Below, in pieces: positions 1-11,153 of a DNA stretch of 64,000 nucleotides. Location of the stretch: contig CAWGMQ010000011.1 in NCBI GenBank assembly GCA_963823665.1, positions 512,001 to 576,000 on the forward strand. Direction: 5' to 3'. The position numbers were made by a program, and so were the translations under genes. The notes under the pieces were generated by a model, which worked only from the letters and a program-made list of their open reading frames with translations, made no database searches and was not told where the DNA came from. This DNA comes from an uncultured Planctomycetota bacterium (GTDB lineage: Bacteria > Planctomycetota > Planctomycetia > Isosphaerales > Isosphaeraceae). Numbering within the stretch: position 1 is the stretch's first letter; every line of letters begins with the position of its first letter.

Positions 1-1986
1 TGAACGTGGCGAAGGGCACGCCACCCGAGTGCCGCAGCGGCGGTGTGATGGCCGCGGCGGTGCGGGCATCCCAGACGCGGGCGCTGCCGTCGCGGCCGGC
101 GGTGACGATGCGGGTGCCCTGGGGGTTGAACTCAGCGTAATCGACGAACTCGCCGTGATTGATTGCGGGTGCGACCGGGAGAGTGGAAGACAGATCCCAG
201 ACGCGGACCCTGCCGTCGGCGCACGCGGTGAGGATGCGCTGGCCGTCGGAGCTGAACGATGCGGAGGTGACGATGCCATCGTGCGGGCAAAGCTGAATGA
301 TCCGCGGCGTACCCCAGAGCACCGAGCCCAGGCGATAGCGATGGCCTTCCTCGCGAGCGGGGTCGCCCTGGTCGAGCTTGAGCGCCTCGCCGAGCGGAGG
401 CAAGGCGCGGAGGAAGTCGCCCTCGTCCATTCGTTCGCTGGCGGCGGCGACGTTCATGAGGACCAACTGGCGGCGGCCTGCTTCGGCGCGCACGGCCGCG
501 CGGTAATAGAGGACCATCGATCCGACGGTGAGGGCGCCACCGAGCAGGATGACGGTGGCGATCAAGCCGGCCAAGAGGCGGTTTTTCCGGCTCCATCTGA
601 CGAGCCGCTCGCCGAGACTTTCGCGGCGGGCAAGGATGGGCCGATCCTCGATGAAACGGCGGAGATCTTCGGCGAGAGCACCGGCGGATTGATAGCGGAG
701 CTCGGGCTCACGGGCGATGGCCTTGTGGATGATGGTTTGAAGATCGACCGGAGTTGCCGGGGCCAGGGTGCGCAGCCGCGGCGGCTCTTCCTGAGAGACC
801 TTGCGGATCAAGCTGTCGTAATCGGCGGCTTCGAAGGCCGGCCGGAGCGTGATGAGCTCGAAGAGCGTGAGGCCGAGGCTGTAGACCTCACTGCGGGCGT
901 CGCCCTTGCCGCGGAACCGCTCGGGGGCCATGTACCTGAGCGTTCCGACAAAGCTGCCGGATTGGGTCAAGTCTTCCGAGCCGGAGAGCTTGGCGAGGCC
1001 GAAATCGGTGATCCAGGTTGTGCCGTCGCGATCGAGCAGGAGGTTCGAGGGCTTGATGTCGCGGTGAAGCACGCCCTGGGTGTGGGCGTATTCGAGCGCC
1101 TCGGCGACCTGCTCGCCGATCCTGGCGACGCTCCGCAGAAAGACCTTGCTCGCCGGTACGTGACCGGAGACCTCGGCGCTGCCATTGGAGGACGGGCCGT
1201 TCAGGACGGCGTGGGGTTCTGTGACGGTGGAGGGAAAGTCAGACCGAGCGACATGGCGTTCCGGGAGAGCGCCGCCGGAATGGGGTGCGACCTGGGTGTC
1301 GGGGATGGAATGGAGCCCGGAAAGCTGGCCGGTCTCGATGTAACCGGCGAGGCGGGCGGTCTCGTCGGGGGCCTGCGGAGGGGTCTGGCCGGCTTGCTCA
1401 TGCGGCGTTCTGGGCTTGGCGCGCGAGCGTCTGAGCTCGGCGATGATCGCGTCCAGGCCGCGGCCCTCGATGTATTGCATCACGTAGAAGTGGATGCCCT
1501 GGTCTTCGCCGACGCCATGAACGGGGACGATGTTGGTGTGGTGCAGCCGGGCGGCCGCCTGAGCCTCTCGCTTGAAACGAAGGATATCTTCGGGAGACAG
1601 GAGAGCGCTCGACGGCAAGACTTTGAGGGCCACTTTCCTGCTGAGCGATTCCTGCTGGGCCTGATAGACCACGCCCATACCGCCGCGGCCGATCATGCCG
1701 AGGATGCGAAACTCGCCGAGGCGCTCGAGCTGCGGCGGCGCGAGGCGGCTTCAAGACGGCTCGCGTGCGCGACGGTCACGTCGTCGGCGGGAGAGGTGGT
1801 CTTGTCGGGGTCTTCCTCGCAGCGGAAAAGCTCCCGGAGCTCGTCGGCGAGCTCGGGAAAGCGGCCGGCGTATTCGTCAAAGCGGGGGAGCTCGCCGCTG
1901 CTGCGCCTGGCGGAGATTTCGCGTGCGATATCTTGCAGAGCCCGGTTACCAGCCCGATTCACACCGTCCACGAGCCCTGGCTCCAC
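1..1986 (-). CDS. Ser/Thr protein kinase with C-terminal WD40 repeats; runs off the window, apparent frameshift near 1725-1752, start uncertain
   Basis: Minus-strand translation gives GRGGMGVVY, VALKV, LHRDIKPSNLLL, DFGLAK, RYMAPE and WD40-like DGRVRVWDL and DGSARVWDA. The N-terminal EYAGRFPELADELRELF segment is in another frame (ORF 1693..2259), and the kinase frame has a TGA at 1751-1753. Confidence 0.85.
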
Positions 1987-2318
1987 TCGCCGACCACCCG
2001 GCGGGGCTTGTCTAAAGGCGCGCTTCTCATCTCGGATCGTGATCGAGGCGTTACAGACCGATCCCGACGCACCTCCTCTTCCATCATAAGTTACCCGGTC
2101 GGCGCCCAAACCGAAACCCTTGGTCTGCAAATCCGTTTCGGGAAATCGAGCCGGTCCTTGACCAAGGACTCGGGACGAGCGATTCTGTTGTCGCCGCGGA
2201 GAGACTGGAATCGGTCGCCCACGGGGGCGAAGAGCCGGTCTGGCGAGCAATCCGCACAAAGCCGATTGTGAACTCGGCTCATCCTGGTTTTCAAGTGATT
2301 CCTCTTGAGGGGGGCCCG

Positions 2319-2744
2319 ATGTCGCACCATATCGTCACGCGGAACAAGGAAAATGTAAGCCGCTTTTTTAACGAGGTCTTTAACAAGGGCAACATGGCGC
2401 TCGTGGATGAGACCATTGCTCCGGGATACACCTACAACGGTAGTCCCACGACGGCGGCGGAAACGAAGGCGTGGGCCACCGGGCTGCGGCAGGCCTTTGC
2501 CGGGCTGCAATTCACGATCGACGAGATTCTGGGTGAGGGCGAGAAGGTCGCGATTCGCTGGACGATGGTCGGGACCGACGTGAAGACGAATACGAAGTTG
2601 ACGACCAGTGGAACCAACATCATCACCAACGACGCCGAGGGCCGGGCGATCGCCAACTGGCAGAACGGCGGCACGATGCAAAGCCTGCAGCCGGTGACTC
2701 CTCCGGGCGGATCGGGGACGCCGGCGCCCGGGGCGTCGAAGTGA
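2319..2744 (+). CDS. SnoaL-like ester cyclase (NTF2 fold)
   Basis: NKENVSRFFNEVFNKGNMALVDE and FTIDEILGEGEKVAIRWTMVGT; GAGGGGG upstream of the ATG. Confidence 0.8.
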   Translation: MSHHIVTRNKENVSRFFNEVFNKGNMALVDETIAPGYTYNGSPTTAAETKAWATGLRQAFAGLQFTIDEILGEGEKVAIRWTMVGTDVKTNTKLTTSGTNIITNDAEGRAIANWQNGGTMQSLQPVTPPGGSGTPAPGASK

Positions 2745-2848
2745 GGGTGTTTTGTTGGATTTCAGTTATTGGTTGTCAGTTGTGAGTTGTCAGTTGTCGG
2801 TGGGCGATGTGGTCCGGGTTGACGTCTTCTGAAAGGGGGTGGTTCGTG

Positions 2849-4258
2849 ATGAGAATCTCGCGCTGTGGATTGGTTCTTGTGGTTAGCTTGCTGTGTGGCG
2901 TGCAGGCCGATTCGCCGCGCCCTTCGGCGCAGAACAATCCTGCCCAGGAGCCGTTCGCGGATTTCGTGTACCTGCCGCCGCCGTCGCAGTACACGGGGCG
3001 GGTGTTCAAGCTGAGCCAGCAATACCCTACGGAGCTGCCGCCGAATGAGCGAATTCCGGAGTTCTTCAAGATCGACTTCAAGACACAGTGGCGCGAGTAT
3101 CTGCTTGCGGCTCGCGCTTACTGCTTCGCGGGCAACGTCACGCCGGGCGGCGATTTGGAGAACGACTGGCGGATTGCCGAGGCGAACCCTCCGCGCTGGT
3201 TCCACATGCCGTGGCAGACCTATGGCCCGCTGGGACGGGAAGGGGTTCATGGGCTCACGCAAGAAGCGCCGGTGCAGTCGCGCCAGCTCGCGTGGAGCCA
3301 GACTTACACCGGGGGGACCACATTTGCTGTAGGGATGTTCAACGAGTTTGGCGGCTACGGGATCGGACAGATCTGGAAGGACCACAACAACCCTGATCTT
3401 TCCAAGGGGCCGTTCCCGGAGGGGACCGTCATTTGCAAGGTGCTGTTCGTCGATGTTCCCACCGACCAAGTTCCATGGCTGGTGAATCCCCTTGAATGGA
3501 AGGCCTATGTTCCTCCGAGTTATGTGGCGGCACCGCCGCCCTTACCGCGGGGATTCAAAAAGCTTGCACTCGTGCAGATGGACTTGATGGCCCGCGACAG
3601 CCGTGCGCCGAACGGCTGGGTCTTCGGCAACTTCCAGTACAACGGAGCGACCAATCACAAGAATCTCTGGGAGAATTTGGTGCCGGTCGGAGTGATGTGG
3701 GGCAACGACCCGGAAAGCGCGGAGAATCAGTCGAACTCCCAGCCGGTCACGACCATCAGGAACCCGAATCTGAAGGAGACGATCATCAACGATGATACGA
3801 AGGAGCTGCCGCCGACTCACCTGGGGTGGAACGGGCGACTGAACGGGCCGGTCGACAATCCGATGAGCTCGTGCATGAGCTGCCACATGACAGCGGAGTA
3901 TCCGGTGCTGACCCCGATGAGCCCGCTCTTTCAGGATCCGGCACAGGTTCCCGCGCCTGGCACTGCGGAGTGGATGCGGTGGTTCAAGAACATGAAATGC
4001 GGGGTTCCGTTTGATGAGAGTGCGAAGTCGACCGACTTCAGCCTTCAGCTCGTCGACAGCATCCAGAATTTCCGGCTGTGGCAAGCCGAGGAGAAGAGCC
4101 TTGCTGGCCTTTCGGCTAGCGAGTACGGCTTTGGCGGAGCGGCGCCTCCGGGGGTTGCGGCGGCGCCCGCAGCGAGAAACACGCCGATTTCGCCCTTCAA
4201 AGTGCGGATTAACGGGCGCGAGCAGTTCAAGATTCTTCGCGACGTACCGCATCCTTGA
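2849..4258 (+). CDS. secreted hypothetical protein with one CxxCH (putative c-type heme) motif
   Basis: Long ORF with a hydrophobic N-terminus and SSCMSCHM near the C-terminus. Confidence 0.65.
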   Translation: MRISRCGLVLVVSLLCGVQADSPRPSAQNNPAQEPFADFVYLPPPSQYTGRVFKLSQQYPTELPPNERIPEFFKIDFKTQWREYLLAARAYCFAGNVTPGGDLENDWRIAEANPPRWFHMPWQTYGPLGREGVHGLTQEAPVQSRQLAWSQTYTGGTTFAVGMFNEFGGYGIGQIWKDHNNPDLSKGPFPEGTVICKVLFVDVPTDQVPWLVNPLEWKAYVPPSYVAAPPPLPRGFKKLALVQMDLMARDSRAPNGWVFGNFQYNGATNHKNLWENLVPVGVMWGNDPESAENQSNSQPVTTIRNPNLKETIINDDTKELPPTHLGWNGRLNGPVDNPMSSCMSCHMTAEYPVLTPMSPLFQDPAQVPAPGTAEWMRWFKNMKCGVPFDESAKSTDFSLQLVDSIQNFRLWQAEEKSLAGLSASEYGFGGAAPPGVAAAPAARNTPISPFKVRINGREQFKILRDVPHP

Positions 4259-4410
4259 GCGGTGCCGGTGCCACCCATGAAGAACTTTCAGCGGGCGGCA
4301 CACGGAGTGTGCCTGCTACACCGGAGCCCTGGATAGCCAGTGCCGCCCATTCTGGACTGGCAATGTCAGTGTCGGCCAATCGATCTTTACCGTTCCTTCG
4401 GGGACCTTCG

Positions 4411-5148
4411 ATGGCTCGTTCGCGGCAGACCGAGAAGGATCGCAAGGACCATGCCCGCAGGGTTTGCAAAGCTCTCGAGCGAGCTTACCCTGAGGCTTCC
4501 TGTGCGCTTTTGCACTCTGATCCCTATCAGCTTCTGGTTGCCACGATCCTCTCGGCGCAGTGCACCGACGCCCGGGTGAACATGGTGACGCCGGAACTGT
4601 TTCGGCGGTTTCCGGATGCGGTGAGCCTGGCGGCCGCGGATCAGGGTGAGCTCGAATCCCTGATCCGATCGACGGGCTTTTTCCGGGCCAAGTCGCGCAA
4701 CCTGCTGGCGATGGCCAGGAAAGTGGCCGACGACCACGGTGGGGTGATTCCGCGCGATCTCGAATCGCTGACGGCGCTGCCGGGCGTGGGACGGAAGACG
4801 GCCAACGTTGTGCTGGGAACGGCGTTTGGGCTGGCTTCCGGTGTTGTGGTCGACACGCATGTGAAGCGGCTCGCCCGCCGCCTGGGATTGTCATCGCGGA
4901 ACACGCCCGAGCAGATCGAGCGAGATCTGATGGAGATCGTGCCGCGGGCGCACTGGGTGGATCTGAGCCATCGGCTGATCCATCACGGACGCCGCGTCTG
5001 TGTGGCGCGGCGGCCGCGATGTGATCTATGCTCGCTTGAGAAGTCCTGTCCCAAGATCGGCGTGGTAGCAGCCGCGAAAGCGGCCAAGGCCACGCCGGCG
5101 CGCCGGACTTTGCCCGGTAAGAGCCGATCCGGATCGACGGCCGGGTGA
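4411..5148 (+). CDS. nth: endonuclease III
   Basis: LLVATILSAQCTD, HhH motif LPGVGRKTANVVL, VVDTHV, Fe-S motif C-x6-C-x2-C-x5-C. Confidence 0.95.
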   Translation: MARSRQTEKDRKDHARRVCKALERAYPEASCALLHSDPYQLLVATILSAQCTDARVNMVTPELFRRFPDAVSLAAADQGELESLIRSTGFFRAKSRNLLAMARKVADDHGGVIPRDLESLTALPGVGRKTANVVLGTAFGLASGVVVDTHVKRLARRLGLSSRNTPEQIERDLMEIVPRAHWVDLSHRLIHHGRRVCVARRPRCDLCSLEKSCPKIGVVAAAKAAKATPARRTLPGKSRSGSTAG

Positions 5149-5217
5149 CGCCTCGGGTATTGTGGTTCCAAGCAAGCAAGAGCCCCCCCGGCCGACCGTG
5201 GAGCTTTGTCGATACTC

Positions 5218-6156
5218 ATGCATATTCAAGATATATTTAACACGCATACAACGACGTTCAGCTTCGAGTTTTTCCCGCCCAAGACCGATCGGGCTTCGAC
5301 CGAGCTTTTCGCGACGATCGCTCAGCTCCAGGCGCTGCAGCCTTCGTTCGTATCGGTGACGTATGGCGCGGGGGGCTCGACGCGAGAGCGCACGCATGAC
5401 CTGGTGGTGCGCATTCAGCGGGAGACGATGCTGACGGCCGTCTCACACCTGACCTGCGTTTGTCACAGCGAGGACGAGATCGCCGCGATCCTGGACCGTT
5501 ATGCGGAATCAGCGATCGAGAACATCCTGGCGCTCGGAGGCGACCCGCCGCGAGACATGACGCAATACGACCGGTCGCGCGATGCGTTTCAATATGCGGA
5601 TCAGCTCGTGCGTTTCATCCGGTCGCGCAAGAGCGCGGCTGATGCGCGAGGATTCGGGATCGGTGTGGCGGGGTTTCCGGAGGGGCACCCAGGGACTCCC
5701 AATCGGCTCAAGGAGCTAGATTATCTCAAGGGCAAGGTCGATGCCGGCGCCGATTACATCTGCACTCAGCTCTACTTCAGCAACTTCGACTTCTTTGACT
5801 TCCGGGAGCGCTGCGACCTGGCGGGCATCCGCGTGCCGATCATTGCGGGGATCATGCCGATCACATCAAAGGACAACTTGATCAGGATGGCTGAGCTTGC
5901 GCTGGGAACCCGGGTGCCCGCGAAGCTGCTGCGTGCTGTCGAGCGTTGCGGGAGTGACCCGGCCTCCGTCGCCAAGGTTGGCATCCACTGGGCGACCGAG
6001 CAATGCCTCGACCTGCTCGAGAACCAGGTGCGCGGGATCCACTTCTACACGCTCAACCGCTCGGATGCCACGCGGCAGATTTATGAAAACCTGGGCGTGA
6101 AGGATTCGATCTCGCTCGCGGGCCGCCAGCCGGTGCGTTCCTCACATGGGGGGTAA
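5218..6156 (+). CDS. metF: methylenetetrahydrofolate reductase
   Basis: FSFEFFPPK, SVTYGAGGS, HLTCV, ILALGGDPP, TQLYF, GIHFYTLN. Confidence 0.95.
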   Translation: MHIQDIFNTHTTTFSFEFFPPKTDRASTELFATIAQLQALQPSFVSVTYGAGGSTRERTHDLVVRIQRETMLTAVSHLTCVCHSEDEIAAILDRYAESAIENILALGGDPPRDMTQYDRSRDAFQYADQLVRFIRSRKSAADARGFGIGVAGFPEGHPGTPNRLKELDYLKGKVDAGADYICTQLYFSNFDFFDFRERCDLAGIRVPIIAGIMPITSKDNLIRMAELALGTRVPAKLLRAVERCGSDPASVAKVGIHWATEQCLDLLENQVRGIHFYTLNRSDATRQIYENLGVKDSISLAGRQPVRSSHGG

Positions 6157-7122
6157 CGCGGTCGCGCGGGGGCGATCGCGGTTCTTGATCATGATGATCT
6201 GGTTACCGTGTGAGTTGAAAGTCACCTCATCCATGAAGGTTCTGATCAAGAGCAAGCCGCGGCCGCCAATGCGGGTGAGATCTTCGGCATGGATGGGGCG
6301 GTTCAGGATCGACACATCGAAACCCGGGCCGTCGTCGCTGACGCTGAAGCGCGCGGCGTCGGCGTCGAGCTGCACATGAATCCGGACGCGGCGGGCCCGA
6401 TACGGTTCGATCTGGCGCCGTTCGAGGGCGAGCTGGCTGAAGATATGGTCGTCTGTCTGGCGAGTTTCGCTCGAAACCTCGAGATTGCCGTGAAAGACGG
6501 CGTTGGTGACCGCCTCCTGGAGGGCGATGCTGACCTGGACGAGGCCGGTCTCGTCCCAGAGCCCGATTCCGGCGAGCAATTCCTGCACGAGCTTCATGAA
6601 GGCCGCGATGAGATCCGGATCGTTGTCGAGCACGAACACCGACTCGGAGCGGACCATGCTCCGGAGGATGCGCGCTCGTTCGCGCCTGGAGGAAGCCGCG
6701 TCGAGTACCTGACGGAGCGTGGGAAGCAGGTCGTGCGTGATGTTCCGCTTGGCGATGTAATTGGCCGCGCCGGCTCGAAGCGCCTGGATCGCGGCATCTT
6801 CGCTGCCGTAGGCGGTCATCAGGATCACGATCGTAGCTGGATACAGTTCACGGACGCGCTTGACGATCTCGAGGCCTTCGCCGTCGGGGAGGATCAAGTC
6901 GGTGATGACGATGGAGGGAGACGCCTCGGCGATTGCCTTCATGCCGGACTGGATCGAATCCGCGAAAGCGAGCTCGAGATTCGTGAGCGGCGCCAGCAAT
7001 CTGCCGACGAGTTGACGATCGAACGGGGAATCATCCACGACCAGTACGGACGTAGGCTCGCCCGCCGTGGCAGAGGAAGCGGGAAGTGCGGTCATCGTGA
7101 GCTGGGTTTTTGATGCGCTCAT
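6142..7122 (-). CDS. response regulator receiver fused to an RsbW-like HATPase (anti-sigma) domain
   Basis: VLVVDD...TDLILP...MTAYG receiver, then EAVTNAVFHGN, DDGPGFD and GGRGLLLIRTFMD. Confidence 0.85.
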   Translation of the reverse strand: MSASKTQLTMTALPASSATAGEPTSVLVVDDSPFDRQLVGRLLAPLTNLELAFADSIQSGMKAIAEASPSIVITDLILPDGEGLEIVKRVRELYPATIVILMTAYGSEDAAIQALRAGAANYIAKRNITHDLLPTLRQVLDAASSRRERARILRSMVRSESVFVLDNDPDLIAAFMKLVQELLAGIGLWDETGLVQVSIALQEAVTNAVFHGNLEVSSETRQTDDHIFSQLALERRQIEPYRARRVRIHVQLDADAARFSVSDDGPGFDVSILNRPIHAEDLTRIGGRGLLLIRTFMDEVTFNSHGNQIIMIKNRDRPRATALPPM

Positions 7123-7236
7123 AGAAATGCAAGATAGCGACTTTACACCGCCAGTCCAGCCACCTGCGGGAGTACAATGGAGAAGAAAGCCTCGTTGCCG
7201 GCTCGCTCTCACCACGGGAACCCGGACGATTCCACC

Positions 7237-8376
7237 ATGTCTCGCCATGAGCTGACCGATCGCCTCAAGGCGGAAGCCGCCCGGCTAGGGTTCGACGCGG
7301 TTGGCATTGCGCCGGCCGTCGCACCGCCGGGCTACCCTGACTTCCAGCGCTGGCTCGATTCCGGGCATGCCGCCGGAATGGACTACTTGCGCCGGAATGA
7401 GGCGGCCCGCGCGCACCCGCGCAGTCTGCTCGATGGCGTTCGGTCCGTGATCATGGTGAGTGTCGTTTACGGGCAGAATCGGGACGACGCGGTCGAGGAA
7501 TCGAGTCGGCGCGGCAAGGTCGCGCGGTACGCTCGCGGGGGCGATTATCACGCTTTCTTGTGGCGGAAGCTCGAGGAGCTGCTCAAGTGGCTGCAGAGCG
7601 AATGCCCCGGCGTGGCGGGGCGTGCGGTTGCCGACACTGCGCCGCTTCTGGAGCGCGACTTCGCTCGGCTGGCCGGGCTGGGCTGGATCGGCAAGAACAC
7701 GATGCTGATCGACCGCAAGCTGGGCAGCTTCACGTTTCTAGGGGCGCTGCTGGTCGACGTTGAGCTGGAGTACGATGCGCCACATGAGGCGGACCACTGC
7801 GGAAGCTGCACGCTGTGCCTGGACCTCTGCCCGACGCAGGCATTCACCGGCGCCTATGAGCTCGATTCCCGCCGCTGCATCAGCTTCTGGACGATCGAGC
7901 ACAAGGGGGCGATACCCGAGGCGAATGCTTCGGAGCTCGACGGGTGGGTTTTTGGCTGCGACGTTTGCCAGGATGTTTGCCCTTGGAACCGCAAAGCGCC
8001 GCCCGGGCATCATGCCGAGCTGGAGGCGCGGAGCGAGTGGACTGACCCGGATTTGATCGAATGGGTATCTCGCGACCGGTCAGAATGGAGGGCTATGCTC
8101 AAGGGGACTGCGCTCGTGCGCGCGAATCGCTCCGGGCTGGTCCGCAATGCGGCGCTCTTGCTGGGCAGCCGAAAGCTGCCCGAAGCGGCCGCTGCCCTGG
8201 CAGAGCGGCTTGACGATCGGGAAGAAGACCCGGTGGTGCGCGCGGCGTCGGCGTGGGCGCTGGGCGAGATCGCGACTCCGCCGGCGCGGGCGGCCCTCTC
8301 GCGCCACGAGCAAGATCCCGACCAGTTCGTACGCGACGCTGTTTCGGCGGCGCTCTTGGCGGCACACCCTATCTGA
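7237..8376 (+). CDS. queG: epoxyqueuosine reductase
   Basis: VARYARGGDYH, DTAPLLER, GLGWIGKN, CGSCTLCLDLCPT, FGCDVCQDVCPWN and a HEAT tail. Confidence 0.93.
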   Translation: MSRHELTDRLKAEAARLGFDAVGIAPAVAPPGYPDFQRWLDSGHAAGMDYLRRNEAARAHPRSLLDGVRSVIMVSVVYGQNRDDAVEESSRRGKVARYARGGDYHAFLWRKLEELLKWLQSECPGVAGRAVADTAPLLERDFARLAGLGWIGKNTMLIDRKLGSFTFLGALLVDVELEYDAPHEADHCGSCTLCLDLCPTQAFTGAYELDSRRCISFWTIEHKGAIPEANASELDGWVFGCDVCQDVCPWNRKAPPGHHAELEARSEWTDPDLIEWVSRDRSEWRAMLKGTALVRANRSGLVRNAALLLGSRKLPEAAAALAERLDDREEDPVVRAASAWALGEIATPPARAALSRHEQDPDQFVRDAVSAALLAAHPI

Positions 8377-8424
8377 GGGACGGGGCGGGAATCACTTGAA
8401 GAACAGCGAGGGGTTCGTGCGTGG

Positions 8425-8477
8425 GTAGCAGGCACGCTCACCTGTGGGAAGAGCGGGCGGGCGAGCGTGCCTGCTAC
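8425..8477. repeat. REP-like inverted repeat between convergent genes (possible terminator)
   Basis: GTAGCAGGCACGCTC ... GAGCGTGCCTGCTAC perfect arms; a related half copy (GGCACACGGAGTGTGCCTGCTAC) lies near 4297-4319. Confidence 0.6.
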
Positions 8478-8488
8478 AAACGGCTTTT

Positions 8489-9466
8489 TCAGGTTGACGG
8501 CGGGTCGTAGACGACCGGCGAGATCGCCCCGGTGATCGACTGGTCGAACGCATCCTGGGTCGTGACCGTGAAGGTGTTCGAGCCGGACACGAGCGGGACC
8601 ATGATGCTGTAGGCACCGGTCGAATCGGCCGTCGCGGCCGTGCTCGTGCCGCTGGCCTGATCCACGAAGGTGACCGAGGCGTTCGGTGTGGTCGTGCCGG
8701 CGAAATGAACGGTGCTGTACGGCGTGGTGCGGTTGGCCGCGGGGTCGGACGCCGGATCGAGGTTCACGGAGACCACGGGGCTGACCTTGGTGGAGACTCC
8801 GAGATCCTCGCGGGCGATCTTGACGTCCTGGGAATTGATGACGCCGTCGCGGTTGGTGTCGGCATCGAACTGGTATTTCGCATTGGAAGACGTCAGGCCG
8901 TGTTCCGACTTGATGGTCTTGACGTCTGCCGCCGTGACCGTACCCGCGCCTGTGACGTCACCCGGGAGGTAGAAGCCGAGGAGATAGGTTCCACTGGTCG
9001 CGTCCAGCCCTTTGACCTGCACGGTGTAGACGTTGGCGGCCGCGCCGGTGGGCGGCACCTTGAGCGTCACCAGCGCGGCCGAGGTGGTCGACTGGGTGAT
9101 CTTGTTGGCTTTCATGACCGCACGGTCGTACTTCGAGTGCTGCACGTGGATCACGTGTCCGGACGAATCCTTGACGGAGATGATCTCGGGTTTCAAAGGA
9201 GACGTGGTCGAGGATCCCGAAGCGGTGGAAACAGCCGGCGTGATATCGATGCCGACGACGATGCGGCCGTCCTTCTTGGGCGAGGAGAACAAAGTGGGCG
9301 AGATCTGGAACGTTGTGGACGAGTCCAGCCCCGGACCGGCAACCGTGCCGGGCATGATCGCGAAGGTGCTCCCTTCGCCGGCACTCAAGACCACGCGGTC
9401 TTCCAGGATGTCGGGTGCGGGTTGGATGCGGCGGCGCCGGGGGCGCGATTGGTTAGATTGGTTCAT
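8489..9466 (-). CDS. extracellular protein with a dockerin-type domain and a C-terminal Ig-like domain
   Basis: LEDRVVLS leader, GDVTGAGTVTAAD and ADTNRDGVINSQD dockerin/EF-hand pair, T/S-rich beta tail. Confidence 0.75.
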   Translation of the reverse strand: MNQSNQSRPRRRRIQPAPDILEDRVVLSAGEGSTFAIMPGTVAGPGLDSSTTFQISPTLFSSPKKDGRIVVGIDITPAVSTASGSSTTSPLKPEIISVKDSSGHVIHVQHSKYDRAVMKANKITQSTTSAALVTLKVPPTGAAANVYTVQVKGLDATSGTYLLGFYLPGDVTGAGTVTAADVKTIKSEHGLTSSNAKYQFDADTNRDGVINSQDVKIAREDLGVSTKVSPVVSVNLDPASDPAANRTTPYSTVHFAGTTTPNASVTFVDQASGTSTAATADSTGAYSIMVPLVSGSNTFTVTTQDAFDQSITGAISPVVYDPPST

Positions 9467-9683
9467 TGGCCCTCCTTGGCCATCCACCGAATGAGAACTC
9501 AGCAAACGGCCGATCGTCGATCGGCCCGCATTTGAGCACGACGGAAAGACAGCCATCCTGGCCGCCCCGATCGGTTTCCTTTCGTTAATCGCAAAAACAC
9601 GCTCAGAGCCGCCTTGACCGATTCTCATTCTACTATCGTTACAATCGGTCAGCGAACATCAGGAAAATGAGAAGATTTCCTGT

Positions 9684-11057
9684 TCAGGAGGCGACAATCG
9701 GCCGAGAGACGGCCACGGAACGAATGTGAGTCCGATGAATTGACGAGCCGGGCGATTCCGGTGATCTGTACAAATCGGGTTCAGCACGACGGGCCCAGAC
9801 GCGCCATGCAACCATTGCGTACAGCAACATTCCGGCCCAGAGAAACGCTCCGTACGCTTGGGCGATCTCATGACCCTCGCCGTCGGCGAAGAGGCCGCCC
9901 AGGTCGGACGCCGCTGCCATGAGCGAGAACGCCAGAGCCCACGAGCCGACCAGGAGCACCCTGCCACGACTGGCGAGGCGATTTGAGAAGTATTCGCCCA
10001 CGAGATAGCTGTAGGGGAGCAGCAACGTCACATAGTGGTGCTTCCAGCTCCGCTCGGAGAGAAAGAGCATCGTCAACACGATCAAGGACACCTCGCCGAG
10101 CAGGCGGGGGTCGCGGCGATCGGTCGTTTTGGTGCGGCAGAGGAATGCCAGGAGCGCCACCATGCCGACGGCGAGCGCCTTGAAGAGGTAGGTCACCACC
10201 CACCCGGGCAACGAGACAAGGTTCACATCGAGATGCGTATCGTAGCGGCCAGGCCCCGTGTTCACGTCTGTGAGCAGCCGAGTGAGCACCGCCACCAGCG
10301 ATTGGTTGATCTCCGGCGGGCTCGATGCGTTTTTGACAATGAACGGGGTGATCATCCGGTCCCACCACATCCCCAGACACTCGCCGTTGAACTGAGGCCC
10401 GATCACGACGCCGGGCACGATGATCAGGAAGATTCCCAGGCCCAGCAGCCCCCAGGTCAGGGTGCGCCATGATCGCTTATATGCGAAATACACGAAGAAA
10501 AGGGCTGGAGTCACCTTGTAAGAGGTCGCCAGCGCCAGGAGCAGGCCGGCACCGATATCCCAGCCCTTGCGCCAGGCGTAGTACATCGACATGACGAGGA
10601 ACATGATGAGCAGGTTGTTGTTCCCGTGGTGCAGATCGCCCAGAATCGGGCGCAAAGCGAGGAGGAGAATCAGTGAGCGCATGATCGGCGGGGATGTCGA
10701 TCGACCCGGCGGCATGACGATTTCAAAGCACATCATGAGGACGGCCGTGGTCATCGCGACTTTGATCGCGAACCAGCACATGGCGCCGGCGACCGTCGGC
10801 ATCGCCATGAGTGGATAAAGCGAAATGGGCATGATCGGCGGGTTAGGGAAGAGAATCTTGTCATAGATGTTGACGCCCGACCAGAACTGAAGCACCTGAG
10901 GGCGCCATCGCACAAATGCGCTTCGATGGTCGGCGGCCTTCTCGTAATAGAAAGCGGCCGAAATGAGGATGATCGTCGCCCAGAGAAACCAGAAGGTGCG
11001 ACCCGAGAATCGTTCCAGCCGGCAAGACTCGCCGCCCGAGGTGTCAATCGCTGGCAC
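9684..11057 (-). CDS. GT87/DUF2029-like membrane glycosyltransferase
   Basis: Polytopic; FPNPP, HGNNNL, ATSYKVTPA, INQSL and SWKHHYV resemble GT87 motifs. Confidence 0.75.
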   Translation of the reverse strand: MPAIDTSGGESCRLERFSGRTFWFLWATIILISAAFYYEKAADHRSAFVRWRPQVLQFWSGVNIYDKILFPNPPIMPISLYPLMAMPTVAGAMCWFAIKVAMTTAVLMMCFEIVMPPGRSTSPPIMRSLILLLALRPILGDLHHGNNNLLIMFLVMSMYYAWRKGWDIGAGLLLALATSYKVTPALFFVYFAYKRSWRTLTWGLLGLGIFLIIVPGVVIGPQFNGECLGMWWDRMITPFIVKNASSPPEINQSLVAVLTRLLTDVNTGPGRYDTHLDVNLVSLPGWVVTYLFKALAVGMVALLAFLCRTKTTDRRDPRLLGEVSLIVLTMLFLSERSWKHHYVTLLLPYSYLVGEYFSNRLASRGRVLLVGSWALAFSLMAAASDLGGLFADGEGHEIAQAYGAFLWAGMLLYAMVAWRVWARRAEPDLYRSPESPGSSIHRTHIRSVAVSRPIVAS

Positions 11058-11153
11058 GGCTTACCCCTTCCCTGGAGAGACTGACGCCCACGCAGTTGTG
11101 CTGCGTTAGCGTGTTCCTCGGTCGGTCGCGACCGGTCACAAAGAACTGAACGA

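Noticed and set aside
29..2089. 686-aa plus-strand ORF
   Set aside because: It is the antisense shadow of the minus-strand kinase-WD40 gene, whose motifs are clear.
2762..2800. CAGTTGT heptamer run and other short repeats (GTCAGGCTGAAGCCTGAC near 21936 and 31320; ATTCGTG runs near 31910 and 40206)
   Set aside because: Ordinary short intergenic repeats with no link to the intron-target element.
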